Below are positions 50,528 to 63,089 of a DNA stretch of 64,000 nt, one piece after another. This DNA is from Hyaloraphidium curvatum SAG 235-1 (lineage: Eukaryota; Fungi; Monoblepharomycota): contig JAIVFI010000002.1 in assembly GCA_025558095.1 (NCBI GenBank), positions 310,001-374,000 on the forward strand. The letters are read 5' to 3'. The notes under the pieces are model-generated. The model searched no databases. It was not told where the DNA came from and was given only the letters and a program-made list of their open reading frames with translations. Every line of letters starts with the position of its first letter. The stretch's first letter is position 1. The position numbers were made by a program, and so were the translations under genes.

Positions 50528-51516
50528 ATGGAGTCCGCCGGCGCGCAATCGGGGGCACCGTCTGGCGACTCGAAGCCCTCGTTTGTCCCATCGAGCAACG
50601 AGGAGGGCTTCGGCCTCCATCCCTTCGTCTCCGCTCTGCCTTCATTTATCGACGACCAAACCAAGGCCCATCTGGCCCGCCGCGCGTCTACTTCTTTCCA
50701 CGCCCGCCGCGCCGCGGCCATCCGCGAGCGAATCGCACTTATTCTCGCGACGCCCGACCGCTCCGTGCCGGGATTCTTCCTGGACCTCGTTGCAACGGGC
50801 AAGTGGGACGTTCTGGCCGACATCCAGGCGCGCGATGGTACCGTCGAAGTGTGGGAGCCTCCGTGGGAGGGCCAGGAGGAGTGGGAGAAGAAGCCGGACA
50901 AGGATTTGTCCGGCGGCAGCTTCTTCAAGCGGACGATCACGTCGCCGACGCGGCTGTCGCGGCTGTTTGCGATCCACAACCCCTCCACGCTCGTCGTGCT
51001 CTTCTACGTGAGGCTGGGCTCGGACCTCTGCGGTCATCCATCCATTTTGCACGGCGGAATGTCTGCGGCACTCATGGACGAGCTTCTGGGAATGGTCGTC
51101 TGGGAAAGCTTTCAGATCCCGTGGTGAGTTTCGGCTTCCCGGATCAGTAATGTCGTCCAACTTATCTTTTGCCGACCTTTAGCTTCACGGCCTCGCTCAC
51201 GGTCGACTATCGAAAGCCCGTGGGCCTCATTGACGAGTGGGAGAACGGCAAATCGAAGGAGCTCTGGGGCGCGGGGCGCGTGACGGAGAAAAAAGGGCGC
51301 AAGACCTACGCACGTGCCGAGCTGATGGACCTGCCGGTCGGTGAGGGGGAACCTGCGGAACCGACCGCGAACGGAGCCAACGCGACAAACGGCGCGCCCG
51401 ACGAGGCAAACCCGTACGGCAGGGACGGGGTGCCTGCGAAGTGCACCGTGAGGGTCGAGGCACACGGACTTTTCCTCGACATGAAGGGTGTGCCGTCGGA
51501 GCACGTCAGCAAGTGA
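50528..51516 (+). CDS. PaaI/THEM4-like hotdog thioesterase
   Basis: LCGHPSILHGGMSAALMDE; after intron ~51124-51182, FTASLTVDYRKP, GRK, VEAHGLF. Confidence 0.9.
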
Positions 51517-51705
51517 GTTGCGAATGGATCTGTGGCATCGCGCATAGAGGATGTCCAGCGAGGGGAACATCCATGAGTCCAACGTTGACTGCTACAATGA
51601 ATTGCTCTTTCCTGAACCGAGTCGTCAGTCCGGTTGCGGTTGGCGTTGTTTCCCCCAGGAGGGATGATCAGTCGTCGGCATTCGTGGAGCGCAGGTTCAC
51701 GCGAG

Positions 51706-52634
51706 ATGGACGACGAAGGTGCTGAGCGTTTCGAGGACAGCTATGGGGAGACTATAGATCTGGACACGCTGGAACCGGTGCTCGAAGCGCGGAGGGGGCC
51801 TGCAAGCGAGGCCGGACAGCCGTCGCGATTTTCGGACACGGAGACTCGGACACAGCAGCCGGATCCCGCTCCGGGACCGAAAGGTCGCCACGGCATCGAT
51901 ATCGAGGCACGAACATTGCCATTGCTCGCGCCGATTGGGCCGGCGACCGAGCCGGCGCGTTCTGCGGTTCCCGCGGCCGGTTCTCCGCACGAAACGGGAC
52001 CTTCTTTCGCCGTGCCGACCATTGTGCCCCCGACTTTGTCGCCACCGGCCAACGGCGCCGTACGGCCAGTCGGACGAACTCCGATTTCGGGCCCGGAACC
52101 GCCAAGGCGGCCCGCAACTTCCTTGCAGGTGGCCCGCCCGACCATGGCGACGGTCAAGACACGGCAAAAGGTCGCTCTGGAACCCGGTTTCGGCCCTTTG
52201 GATTGGGAAAAGCTAAAGCGGAGTGGCTCGGATCTCGCGGTGGGGTGCAGGTTGGGCCGACGAGCAGCCCGTAGTTGGTTGACGGGGACGACACGCCATT
52301 CAGGGATCCGGCGGCCTGAAGCGTTACACGGTCCAGCAGTTGGCGGAGCATCGAACAGAGGGCGACTGCTGGATGGCGATCCAGGGAAAGATCTACAACG
52401 TCACGCCGTATCTTCGGTACCACCCTGGAGGTAGGCGTGGCGACGCGTCCAACGACCGGCAGCCAACATGTCCCTGCTGTTCCTTTGACTGCAGGCGTGA
52501 AGGAGCTGCTGCGCGGGGCCGGGCGGGACGCGACGAAGCTTTTCATGGATGCCCACAGCTGGGTGAACGTGCACCTGATGCTCGATAAGTGCCTGGTCGG
52601 CTTCCTCGTCGGCAACGCTTTGCTGTCAGCGTAG
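51706..52634 (+). CDS. IRC21-like cytochrome b5 heme-binding protein (start uncertain)
   Basis: RQKVALEPGFGPLDW, DCWMAIQGKIYNVTPYLRYHPGG, AGRDATKLFMDAHSWVN; two short introns. Confidence 0.9.
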
Positions 52635-52725
52635 CAGTCGCTTGTATATAGCTGTACCAGGCAACTGATTGGCGTCGATCGGGGAACTTCAGCTGTCGTC
52701 TGCCACGTTCACGTATAGTCTTCCC

Positions 52726-54155
52726 ATGTCCCAACCGCGGCCCGGCCCCAACCCCGCGCTCAGCCGGCGTTCGGCCGCGGCATCCGCGACGGCGTACCCC
52801 GCCGGCGCGCCGCCGCGGCCGCGGCCCCCGCCGGGGAGGCCGCCCGCGCCGGGCGGCGCGTTCCCGCCGCGCGCGTCGCCCGACGCGTCGCCGCGGCTGT
52901 CGGCCGAGTCGGGCCGCGCGCCCTCGGGGGACCGCGCGTCGGCGGACCGCGCTTCGTTCGAGCGGCCGCAGCCGCGCCCGTGGGCGCCGCCGCCGCCCGC
53001 GCCCGCACCGTTCGCGCCCGCGCCGCACTTCCAGCACTTCGCACCGCAGCCGCCTCCGCAGCCGCAGTACTACGAGCAGCAGCAGCCGGGCATATACCCC
53101 GCTCCGCCGCCGGCCCACGCCTACGCCCCCGGCCCCGGCTACCCCCAGAACTACGCCCCGCAGCACGCACCGCAGCAGGGCCCGAACTTCTTCGCCTCGA
53201 CGCTGCAGAGCCTCGGCGTGGACCCCGTCGCCTCGACGCTGGCCTCGTCGTTCCAGTCGTCGCTGCAGTCGACCCTGCAGTCGACCCTGCAGTCGACCCT
53301 ACAGACGCAGTCGGCCGCGTCGCTCAAGGGGCTGAAGTACTACTTCGACGTGTCCAACGCGTTCGTGCTGAAGAAGATCAGCACCGTGCTGTTCCCGTGG
53401 CGCAAGAGCAGCTGGGCGCGCCTCGTGGTTCGCGGGGAGGGCGGCGGGGTGGAGGGTTACCGCAGCCCGCGATCGGACGAGAACGCGCCGGACTTGTACG
53501 TGCCAAGTGAGTGCTCCGGCGGGCTGTGTGTTGATTCTGACCGCCCTTTTGCCCGCGAACCAGTCATGGGCTTCGTCACCTACGTCCTGCTTGTCGGCCT
53601 GCTCCTCGGCCGGGCAAACCGGTTCCATCCCGCCCTGCTCGGCTCGACTGCGTCAACGGCTTTCGCCGTACTGGTGTTCGAAACGATCATGGTCCGGCTG
53701 GGATGCTATCTGCTGGGTGTGGGCCAGGAGGGCGGCGAGGGCTGGGCCGACGTCGTCGCCGTGCTCGGGTACAAGTTCGTCGGGTGCGTTTGCTTCGTGG
53801 TTAGGCTACCCACCGCGGCCTCATGGCTTCCCACTAGGATCATCGCCACAATGGCGACCAAACTCTTGGTCCCAATACCCTCCGTTTCTTACGCAGTATT
53901 TGTCTACGTCGCCTTCGCGCACGGTTTCTTCTTGGTACGTGGCTACCCTTGGTGCACAACCTCGTGCTTACAAACAGCGCGCTCCGTTAGCTCCGCACGC
54001 TGAGGTCCCTCGTGCTGCCGGAGCAGTTCAAATCGGATCCCACGGTGGGGACCCACTCGGTACAGGACAAGAAGCGCAGGGTCTACTTCTTGTTCCTCAT
54101 TGCCGGCGGTGCGATGCTGATGAGCGGCGTCTTGCTCACGGTCGGGTGGTACTAG
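52726..54155 (+). CDS. YIF1: YIF1 ER-Golgi transport membrane protein
   Basis: LKYYFDVSNAFVLKK..LFPW, PRSDENAPDLYVP, MGFVTYVLL, GYKFV, FFL|LRTLR; several short introns. Confidence 0.93.
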
Positions 54156-54288
54156 GTCCGCAAGGATCGAAGTTGAATGGCGATCGCGGAACGAGGTGTG
54201 GTCACGTGATGCGCTCCATCCGCGGGTCCACCTCGCACACGAAAAGCACCCCGAGATACTCGCCGTTGCGGGCAGTTCGAGCGGCGCC

Positions 54289-54900
54289 ATGACGCGTCTA
54301 CGGCTGGCCGTCGTTTTCGCTTTCTGCCTCGCCATTTTGGCCGCGGTGCTGCCGTCCGTTTCGGCCATGAGCGACGATTGCCGGGCCTGCCTCAGCGAAG
54401 CGCCCAAGAACTGTGAATCCGTCCGTTCGGCGGTCATTTCGCGCGTCAGGGCAAAGAAGAACGTACGTTTCTTGGTTGCCTCGATGGGGTTCGGGACGCA
54501 GCTGTCCCCGGGACTCCGGAGCACGTCTGCCCCCTTTGTGCTCGAGCAAGCGAGTTCCGCGTCGCTGGAGTCGGAGCTTACACTTTATTTCCCTGGCAGT
54601 GCGTGCAGCGATGTGGAGGCTTCAAGGGATCTGAGTACGTCGCGCCCAACGACGCCGCCGCCGGCCTCGCGGCCAATTCAGGCAATGCAGATCGGTCCAA
54701 GATGGTCAGCGACGCGGACGTGCGAAGCGTCATCTGCCCGGAGGTGGCCGGACGCGCCGGCAGTCCCTCTCCTCCCCCGCCTCCCCCGCCGCCGCCGCCT
54801 CCGCCTGCCGAAGATCCGGAAGAAGATCCGGAAGATTCGGAAGATCCGGCGTGGGTGCGAGCCATCTGGGTGTTGTCCGCCACTAACCGCATTTTCCGTC
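54289..54900 (+). CDS. Small secreted Cys-containing protein with poly-Pro/acidic tail (end approximate)
   Basis: Signal peptide MTRLRLAVVFAFCLAILAAVLPSVSA, CxxC, and a later exon with a poly-Pro run and EDPE repeats. Confidence 0.55.
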
Positions 54901-56315
54901 ACTGCCCTCGTCCTGCAGTATGGACGGTCTCGACGAGTGATGCCCTTCGCGTTATGCGTAATCAGTCTCGCTCTATATGTATCGGCATCGGGGTGTTGTT
55001 CAATTGGATTGATGCTGTGATGCGCAGTTAACTGGACCATCGACTCCGGCGCAAGCTGGACGATCAAAGAGGTATATCACGCTCTCCATTTTGCTGTGGC
55101 CACACCGCACTATCTCCCCTGCTCCTGCCCCGGCGGCGGCGCCGACGGGCACTCTTTTGCCGTGTGGTCCGCGCTCTTGCACACGCCGCAGATGTGGCAC
55201 GCCGCCATGAAGCACCCGTCCATCCCGATGATCGTCAAGGGCTCCGCTGAAGTGGCGCCAACAACGCGTCCAGCCCCGTTGATGGTCTTCGTGAAGTTCG
55301 CCGCGATGGAACGCGCTTGACTGCCCGTGGTGCTCTGAGCCGGAACTCCAGGCCTGGCTCCGAGACGAAGTCCAGCGCATGAACTTCCAGAGTAGGATTA
55401 TAAGGACCCGTCGACGGAGCAGGAGACAGGACCTTCGCTGGCCTCTGGCTTTCGAGGACGTGCCGGACGAGCAGGCGACAGAGCGACGGACTCCTCGAGC
55501 TTGCGGATCTCGATGCGCGGCTTGTCCGCCACTGACGCTTCTGTGCCACAAGCGATGCCCTTTATGGGCTTTTCCCGAACATTTTGAGGCAGCTGGCGGG
55601 GTTTTGGTGGCCGAGGCCCACCCGGTGGTGGGAAGGCTCTCCGACGGCCGATCCGCGAAACTCGGACACGCGGTCGTGGGCAAACGCCTCTTCCTCGACA
55701 GGGGGTCGTTTGGCACGTGGGTCGACGGCCAAACAAGCAGCTTTGCAACCGAATGAACTCATGTTATCGCTTTTTCGAACGCGACCGTCGTGTCCGTCTA
55801 CGTCAGCGTGGACGGTGTCGTTGACGAAACGACCCGGGTTGGTCCCTCCGCGGCCAACAACCCTTGAAATCGTCCCGCATTGTACATGTAAGTCAACTGA
55901 TGGCCATTCTGCGTCCCATGCCGCGCTTCAGGGCCAGAGAAGTCCGAAGCCATTTCATCAACTTCGTCGAGAGCTAGACGATCAGGCACGCAGCAGCTCC
56001 AAAGCTGCAAGGTAATGCGGACGCTGGAGATGCTGCGACCGCTACCGCAAATCATCCAATCTTCCCCTTGTTTCCCCCGAGAAAAATCGTGATTTCAAGT
56101 CAGTGCTCCCGGATGGCACCCGGGCCTCTCCCCCGCACCCTCACAGTCCAAAACTCCGGCGCACTACAACCCCGCGTCGCCGCGGCCGTCCGCACTCAGC
56201 GCCGCTTATAAGAACGCCTTTTTGCTACTTGCCGTCGTCCGGTGGGACCACGTCCCCGCACGACACCATGCTGTCGCCGGGCGCGCCGGCAAACAACGGG
56301 GACAGCGTCGGCTCA

Positions 56316-57352
56316 CGCTGCTAGCGCCTCGGCGCTGCTAGCGTCGGGGAACTTCTAACGATGCTGCTAGCGCCTCGGCGCTGCTAGCGTCCGCGGAACT
56401 GCCGCGCTCCCTCGCCATGCTCCTCCAACTCGCATTGCTCCTCCAACTTGCATTGCTCCTCCAACTCGACGTCGCCCCCCAGTGGACGCTGCTAGCGCCT
56501 CGGCGCTGCTAGCGTCGGGGAACTTCCAACGACGCTGCTAGCGCCTCGGCGCTGCTAGCGTCCGCGGAACTGCCGCGCTCCCTCGCCATGCTCCTCCAAC
56601 TCGCATTGGTCCTCGCCTCGGCGCTGCTAGCGTCGGGGAACTTCTAACGATGCTGCTAGCGCCTCGGCGCTGCTAGCGTCCGCGGAACTGCCGCGCTCCC
56701 TCGCCATGCTCCTCCAACTCGCATTGCTCCTCCAACTTGCATTGCTCCTCCAACTCGACGTCGCCCCCCAGTGGACGCTGCTAGCGCCTCGGCGCTGCTA
56801 GCGTCGGGGAACTTCCAACGACGCTGCTAGCGCCTCGGCGCTGCTAGCGTCCGCGGAACTGCCGCGCTCCCTCGCCATGCTCCTCCAACTCGCATTGGTC
56901 CTCGCCTCGGCGCTGCTAGCGTCGGGGAACTTCTAACGATGCTGCTAGCGCCTCGGCGCTGCTAGCGTCCGCGGAACTGCCGCGCTCCCTCGCCATGCTC
57001 CTCCAACTCGCATTGCTCCTCCAACTTGCATTGCTCCTCCAACTCGACGTCGCCCCCCAGTGGACGCTGCTAGCGCCTCGGCGCTGCTAGCGTCGGGGAA
57101 CTTCCAACGACGCTGCTAGCGCCTCGGCGCTGCTAGCGTCCGCGGAACTGCCGCGCTCCCTCGCCATGCTCCTCCAACTCGCATTGGTCCTCGCCTCGGC
57201 GCTGCTAGCGTCGGGGAACTTCTAACGATGCTGCTAGCGCCTCGGCGCTGCTAGCGTCCGCGGAACTGCCGCGCTCCCTCGCCATGCTCCTCCAACTCGC
57301 ATTGGTCCTCGCCTCGGCGCTGCTAGCGTCGGGGAACTTCCAACGACGCTGC
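56316..57352. repeat. Higher-order tandem repeat, 289-bp period (171+118 bp subunits), about 3.5 copies, palindromic core
   Basis: GCGTCGGGGAACTTCTAACG recurs at 56341, 56630, 56919 and 57208. Core GACGCTGCTAGCGCCTCGGCGCTGCTAGCGTC; internal 18-bp TGCTCCTCCAACTYGCAT sub-repeats. Confidence 0.97.
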
Positions 57353-57704
57353 CAGTGGCATGTGCTTTTCTACGGGCGACTTCTTGGCCGAGGCTACAGG
57401 CGGTGCTTGGATGTTTCCAGGTGCAGCACACGTGCAGCGGTTCTTTGAAATGGTCCCGTGGGGTGGAACAGAGGCACCCTCACGCGGGTGCAAGAGGAGG
57501 GCAGTGGACATGTAGCTTCCCCTGGGCCTGCCCTCCAGGCAATACCCGGTACATTGAAAGGAGGGGTGTGGCTTGGCAGAGGCACGTTGGGTTAGGTCCC
57601 GAGAGTTCTTGGTCCGCGCGGGGGTGTTTTTCTAGATTGTGATTGCGTGGGACGCTCCTGTCGGCAGTCGGCGTCATCTGGGGCTTCGCACCCTCACCAA
57701 AACC

Positions 57705-58373
57705 ATGCCCAGGAAGCGCAGCGGCGGTCCAACGATTAGGCAATCGTGCGATCGATGCCGAAGGAACCATACGCGGTGCATCACTACGGAGTCGGGCGGG
57801 ATCTGCGACGAGTGCGCCGCCGTGGGAGCCGTGTGCGAGCGCACCCCGCGCAAGCAGTACGGCGAGGATCGCCCGCCCTACAGCGCCCCGCCGTCGCTTT
57901 GGCGCGAGAGAGAGGACACGGACGCAGAGACGCCGCCGTCCGCCCCGCCGCACCCGCCGCGGACTGAGCCCGACGCGATCGAGATCGACGGGCCCCCGCG
58001 CACCCCGGCCCGCTCGTCCAGCGCCCCGTCGCTGCACGAGCTCTCGGACACAATCACCCCCTTCTATTCCCGGCCCCCGGCCCGGCCCCACGGGGGCATT
58101 GATATTCGCACCCTTCCCTCCCCCCTGTCCCACAACGTCGCTATCTGCCTCATTATCTGGGATCTGCTCGACCACCTCCATGAGACGGACCCTACGACAC
58201 CCGACGAGATCATCGACGCCATCGGCGACGGCGATGACATGGCCATCGCGGAGCTGCTGGCGTTCGGCGTGGCGGCGGGCCTGTGCGAGACCAACCAGGC
58301 ACCCCAGCCTGAGTCGATCACGGCAGGGCGCACCACCGCATCTGCGAAGTCCTTGGTGCAGTGGGATCAGTAG
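57705..58373 (+). CDS. Small Zn(II)2Cys6 protein
   Basis: CDRCRRNHTRCITTESGGICDECAAVGAVC fits CX2CX6CX8CX2CX6C. No middle homology region. Confidence 0.75.
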   Translation: MPRKRSGGPTIRQSCDRCRRNHTRCITTESGGICDECAAVGAVCERTPRKQYGEDRPPYSAPPSLWREREDTDAETPPSAPPHPPRTEPDAIEIDGPPRTPARSSSAPSLHELSDTITPFYSRPPARPHGGIDIRTLPSPLSHNVAICLIIWDLLDHLHETDPTTPDEIIDAIGDGDDMAIAELLAFGVAAGLCETNQAPQPESITAGRTTASAKSLVQWDQ

Positions 58374-58682
58374 TGGTGGGTTTCCATCGGGGCCCGCTTT
58401 GGGCTCCATTGACGGCCAACCAGGCAACTTCGAGTTGTAAAAAAGTGGCTATAGCCGCTGCAGCGATTACTTGGTGAAAATGTACATTATCTGAGTTATA
58501 CAAGTTGTGGCTATAGCCACAGTCGACGACGAAAGGCGCCCGAACCTTGCCGAAAAGAATCAAACTCAACACGCCCACGAAAAAGCTCGAAAGTCAGACA
58601 GCAGGCAGCCCGGAATCGCGCGAAGGAGCAAGGTCCAAAGCACGCGTCCCATGGCGGCCGCGGTCCCAACCGTCGCCGTCAT

Positions 58683-59129
58683 CTACGCCGCCGGACCCGG
58701 GAGCGAGATGAGCACCCAATCCGTACGCACCCTGAGCTCGACGAAGTGACTGACGGCTGCCACCCGGACGAGCAGGCCGTCCTCCGTATCGATGGCCGGT
58801 ACGTCCGCTCCCACTCGTTTGGCGTTGAACAACTCGATGGTGAGGTAGGGCTGTCCGGCGTACCTGGTCTGGTACTCCTGCCGGGCCTCGTCCACCGTAA
58901 AGGGGTTCCCCCGCGTGAAGTGCGGCAGGACCCAGTTCTCGTGTTCGAAGAGAACCTCCGGATCCCTCTGGGCGGTCTCCTCGGCCGGCCTCAGGCCCAC
59001 CACCAGATAGAAACGCGTATAGGACGTATCTCCCTTGGTTTCCTCGATGCCGCGCAGCTTTCGGCCCGTCGCGCCCCCGCGCTTGTCCTTCTTTCGCTTA
59101 GGACCCTGCTGCTGCTGCGCACCCGACAT
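58683..59129 (-). CDS. Hypothetical protein
   Basis: Basic N-terminus (PKRKKDKR) followed by a globular-looking segment. The 3' end may be spliced. Confidence 0.5.
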   Translation of the reverse strand: MSGAQQQQGPKRKKDKRGGATGRKLRGIEETKGDTSYTRFYLVVGLRPAEETAQRDPEVLFEHENWVLPHFTRGNPFTVDEARQEYQTRYAGQPYLTIELFNAKRVGADVPAIDTEDGLLVRVAAVSHFVELRVRTDWVLISLPGPAA

Positions 59130-59232
59130 TTTGTGCGTCGACGGTGGGACGAGAACGCGTTCGGTGCGATCAGTTGATCGACGCGGGCCGCTACACAAGA
59201 GGTACAAATCTCCGGAACCCGCCCGGGCCGCG

Positions 59233-62200
59233 ATGCCCGATACAGTGCCCCGAAAGCTCGATGCAAAACCAAAAAGACATCTTGAAAAACGTTTTCTGCC
59301 GGTGGTCGCGCCCGTGCAATCCCCCCCTCCTCTGGGACCCCCCCCCCCGGCACCGACACCCCCCGCCCCTCCTGCACCGGCCGATGCACTTCAGGCACAG
59401 GTCGCCGCGCTGCAGGAGCAGCTCGAACTGGCCCGCGCCGACGCTGTGCACGAAGCCCAGAGGGCCTCCGACGCCGCCGACGACCTCCAGGGCGTGCAGG
59501 CCGCGCTCGCGACAGCGCGCCAGCAGCTGATCGACCTAGAGGCCAAGGAGGGCCAAGTAACTCGGGAACTCGGGCTGGCAAGGGCTTCTGCGACTGCCGC
59601 CAACGAGTCAGCAAAGGAGATGGAGGCCGAGCTCACCAAAGCGAGGGCCGACCTCGCCGTAAGTGGCGTCCATCCGCGGGTGTTCGGTCGCGCCCAACTC
59701 ATCGCATTTGATGCTCCCAACCCATGTAGGACGCCCAACGGGCCGCAGATTTGGCAGCAGACAGGGTCAAGAAGCTCGAGGAGGAGATCACAAGCCTCCG
59801 GAGCACGAACGATGTGGGTAGTGCGCGCGTGCTGTCAACAGGGCATCGCCGACGCCGTGCTGTCCAAACCTCGCAGGTGCTCAAGAAGCAGCTCGAGGAT
59901 GGGCGCAAGACGGTCGACTCAATGAGCTTGGACCTCAAGGCGACCACCGAGGCTCTCACCGTGCGTGTGGGGGGGCTTCAGCGCACGGGGCTAATCATGC
60001 GCTGTTGCTGACGAGCGCAGACGATGACACAAGAACGAGATGTGCAACGCCGTACCGCTGACGATGCAACCACGAGAATCTCGGCACTCATCGCCGACTT
60101 CCAGGTCCGCTGCGGTCACTAAGGGACATACTGTGCCTGTCTCACCATGCGCTCCCGCTGCCACGCACAGCGTCTGCAGTTCGAGTTTGATGAGTTCAAG
60201 ATGAAGGAGGCCGAAGCCACGGAAGCAGAACTGCGCACCTGGGAGTTGGAGCTCCATGACGTGGAGCTCCAACTTCAGGGTGAGCGGCATGCTCTCCAGC
60301 AGAGCTGGTCACGAGTCGCCAACTTCCAACGCGGTCTATTGAAGGACCAGCGTCAACTACTGGAGAAGGAGCAGGCCATCCACGGCCTGTTCGCCAAGTC
60401 CCGGTTGGAGATCCAGCAAGACAGGGCCGCCCTCGATCGGACCCGTCGCGCCGTGCGCCGGGAGCAGCAAGAGCTCGCCGCGCAGAACGTGGCGATCTCC
60501 AAGGAGAGGGATCGTCTGTTGCAGGAACGCGCAGGGCTGATTGGGAGGGACGACGTGCTCGCCGAGGTCCTGCGCAACATGGGCCCGATCCCCGTGGAGT
60601 ACAAAGAACTCTTGGACATCTACGCGGAGCGCAACCACAACCTCACCCTGGAGAAGGTTTCGTTTGAAGCAGAGATCGACCGGCTCAACGCAAATTTGGC
60701 CAGGCTGGAGGCCAACGCAAAGTTGGCCACGCTGGATGCCGATGAACCCCAGCCGGACTCGGACATTGGCGCTGGAAGGGATCCGAACCAGCATGCCAAG
60801 CGCGCCTTCCCGGATGAGGATGAGGACGAGGACTACAGGCTCCAGAACAAAGAATTGCAGGAGCCGGAGTCAAAACGGCGCCGGCTTGCAGGACAATCCG
60901 TCCGCAGCTCGTCCACCTCCGCAGGGTCGGGCAGCAACAAGGGAGAGGCCACCGCCCCCGACGCAACGCCCTCTAGCCCGACTGACTGCGTCATCATGGA
61001 GAAACCCGTGGAAGCCAAACGCGGTCGCGCCGGGGCCGCCGGGAGGGGAGGCAACTCGTCTTCCTCGCCCCTGGTGAACCCAAAGCACTTGCTGCAGGGC
61101 CGCGAATCGGCAGAGAACACCCGGCCGCTGCAGAGGGCGCAGCCATTTGTATCAGTGCAACTCGGGGCGGCAATCCCCAACGGCTCCTCAACAGCGGGCC
61201 GAACCTCGTCCCGGCCGGCCGGACAATTCGATGCCGGAGCACGATCGGCATCCGGACCGCAAGCTCCACGAGCGACGGCATCCGGACCGCAAGCTCCCCA
61301 AGCGCCGCGCGCCGGGCCGACGATCAACGCCTTCAAGGACACAGAGACCCTGGCCACCGTCTTTGGGTTCCCAAAGCGGGAGTACGCCATTCAACTCGCG
61401 GCCAACTTCATGTACTACCGGAACCTGGCCAAGACCGCCGCCCACGAAAGCCCCATCAGGAACATCTTCGCCACGGACGACATTGAAGCGGTTCGAGCTT
61501 ATGGCATTCTGATGGGGAACGCTCCGTGGCTGGAGTTCGCCTCTGATGTCGGCCTGGCACAGGCACTGGACCCGGCCAACTGGCCGGATCACATTCGCAT
61601 CGGGGAGCTGCAGAATGTCTACGGCTCCTACCTGCTCGCTGGCCTGATCCACTCGTACTCGGGAGTCGCATTCCCACTGGCGCGCCAGTACCAGATCCGG
61701 ACCGGACGGGGGAAAGGGATCCCAAAGCGGCTCAAGAACCATAGGAGCAGGAGGCACCGGGCCCGCGAGCCCACAAAGACGGCATACCAGGCCTTCAATG
61801 AGGAGGAATGGGAGCGCATCTTTGGAATGGCAGCCCTGGGGGTCGTGGTCACCCCCGGCGCGTAAGTGACGCGCGCTATGGTGTTTGGGCGCCGCTGAAG
61901 TGATTCCTGCCGACCAGTGCGGAGCTCTTCGTTGACAAGCTCCAGGGGCTCAAGGTGGTCTCGAAGGACGCGACTCATGTGCTCGCCTACTTCACAGCGG
62001 AGTTCACCCTTATGGGAATGTCAGGATCCCTGGAACACCAGGAGTGGCTCCGCCCCGATGAGCCCAACGGCTGGTTCCGTCACACCGACCTGCTCAAGGG
62101 CACCAATGTCTCCACGAACGGTGTGCTTTCCAGAGTTTCGCGCGGCGCCGGCAGATACCGCCCGTCGGACCGCCCAGCAGACGGTTCCCGGAACCGTCTC

Positions 62201-62653
62201 TTGAGTAACAACTTCACGAAGGTCGCCGCCGCAATGTCGCCCGCTGGCCACGAGGCAAATTGCAAAAGCTCCGGCCACGCCAAGTTCCTTGGGCACACTG
62301 TCTACGTCAAGCTGAAGAACGGAGGCAAAGGTCGCTGGCGCGTCGCGGTCGCACACCCCGACCCGGTTCACAAGCCGCTGAAGCCGTACGGGATTGGGAA
62401 CCACCTTTCAATCACGTTCCACAGGGACCCCGACCAGCACGGGCGTGCCTCGGAGCCCGGCTGTGCTAGCTCCTTTGGCGGACCCGAGCTGCTTGAATCG
62501 GTTGTGGAGGCTCTCCTTCACCGGTATCTGACGGAGACTGTGGCAGATCGGGATTGGCTGGAGGACACCACTGTCCCAGTGGAAGATCGAGCTGCCCTTA
62601 CGTCGATCATTGAGCAACTGGTCGATGACGACTTTGAGTGGATCGAACGCTAG
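59233..62653 (+). CDS. Large multi-exon coiled-coil protein with unknown C-terminal domain
   Basis: Heptad-rich exons. Intron 61862-61917 (GTAAGT..CAG) joins the 572-aa and 232-aa ORFs in frame; more short introns lie at 59.66-60.17 kb. Confidence 0.7.
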
Positions 62654-62735
62654 TGGCTGAACGGGACTGCCGCATGAAATCTGACCTCTGTGGTGTACAA
62701 GCTCATATAAACTAGCCGCCATCCGATCATCCGAA

Positions 62736-63053
62736 ATGAAACCCTTGCTCGCTGAAGCTCCGGCCCTGTTCGGCTGCGGCTGCAACCGCGGCCCCGGGCT
62801 GCGCATCGGCTACGCGCCGGGCACCCTCACGCACCAGCGCGACTTCAACGAGGCGCTCCCCGCCGTCGCGCGCATCCTCCGGGCCCGCCCGGACGTCCGC
62901 CTTGTCTACTTTGCGCCGTACCTGAACGCCTCCGAGTTCCCCGCACTGGCCAACCTCACGTCCCGACCAAGGCGATGGTGGCGATGGAGAGGGCGGGGAC
63001 GACGCGGAGTGATTCAGCAGCGTTGCGCGAAATTTGGCCGTCTGTATGTATAG
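62736..63053 (+). pseudogene. Fragment of GT4-like glycosyltransferase
   Basis: LRIGYAPGTLTHQRDFNEALPAVARILRARPDVRLV resembles the start of a GT-B C-terminal domain. The rest is missing. Confidence 0.5.
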
Positions 63054-63089
63054 GCACCGCATGGGGTTCAGCAGCACAGTACATCATAT

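Noticed and set aside
56316-57352. CRISPR array
   Set aside because: The linkers between palindromic units are themselves repeated rather than unique spacers; there are no cas genes and the context is eukaryotic.
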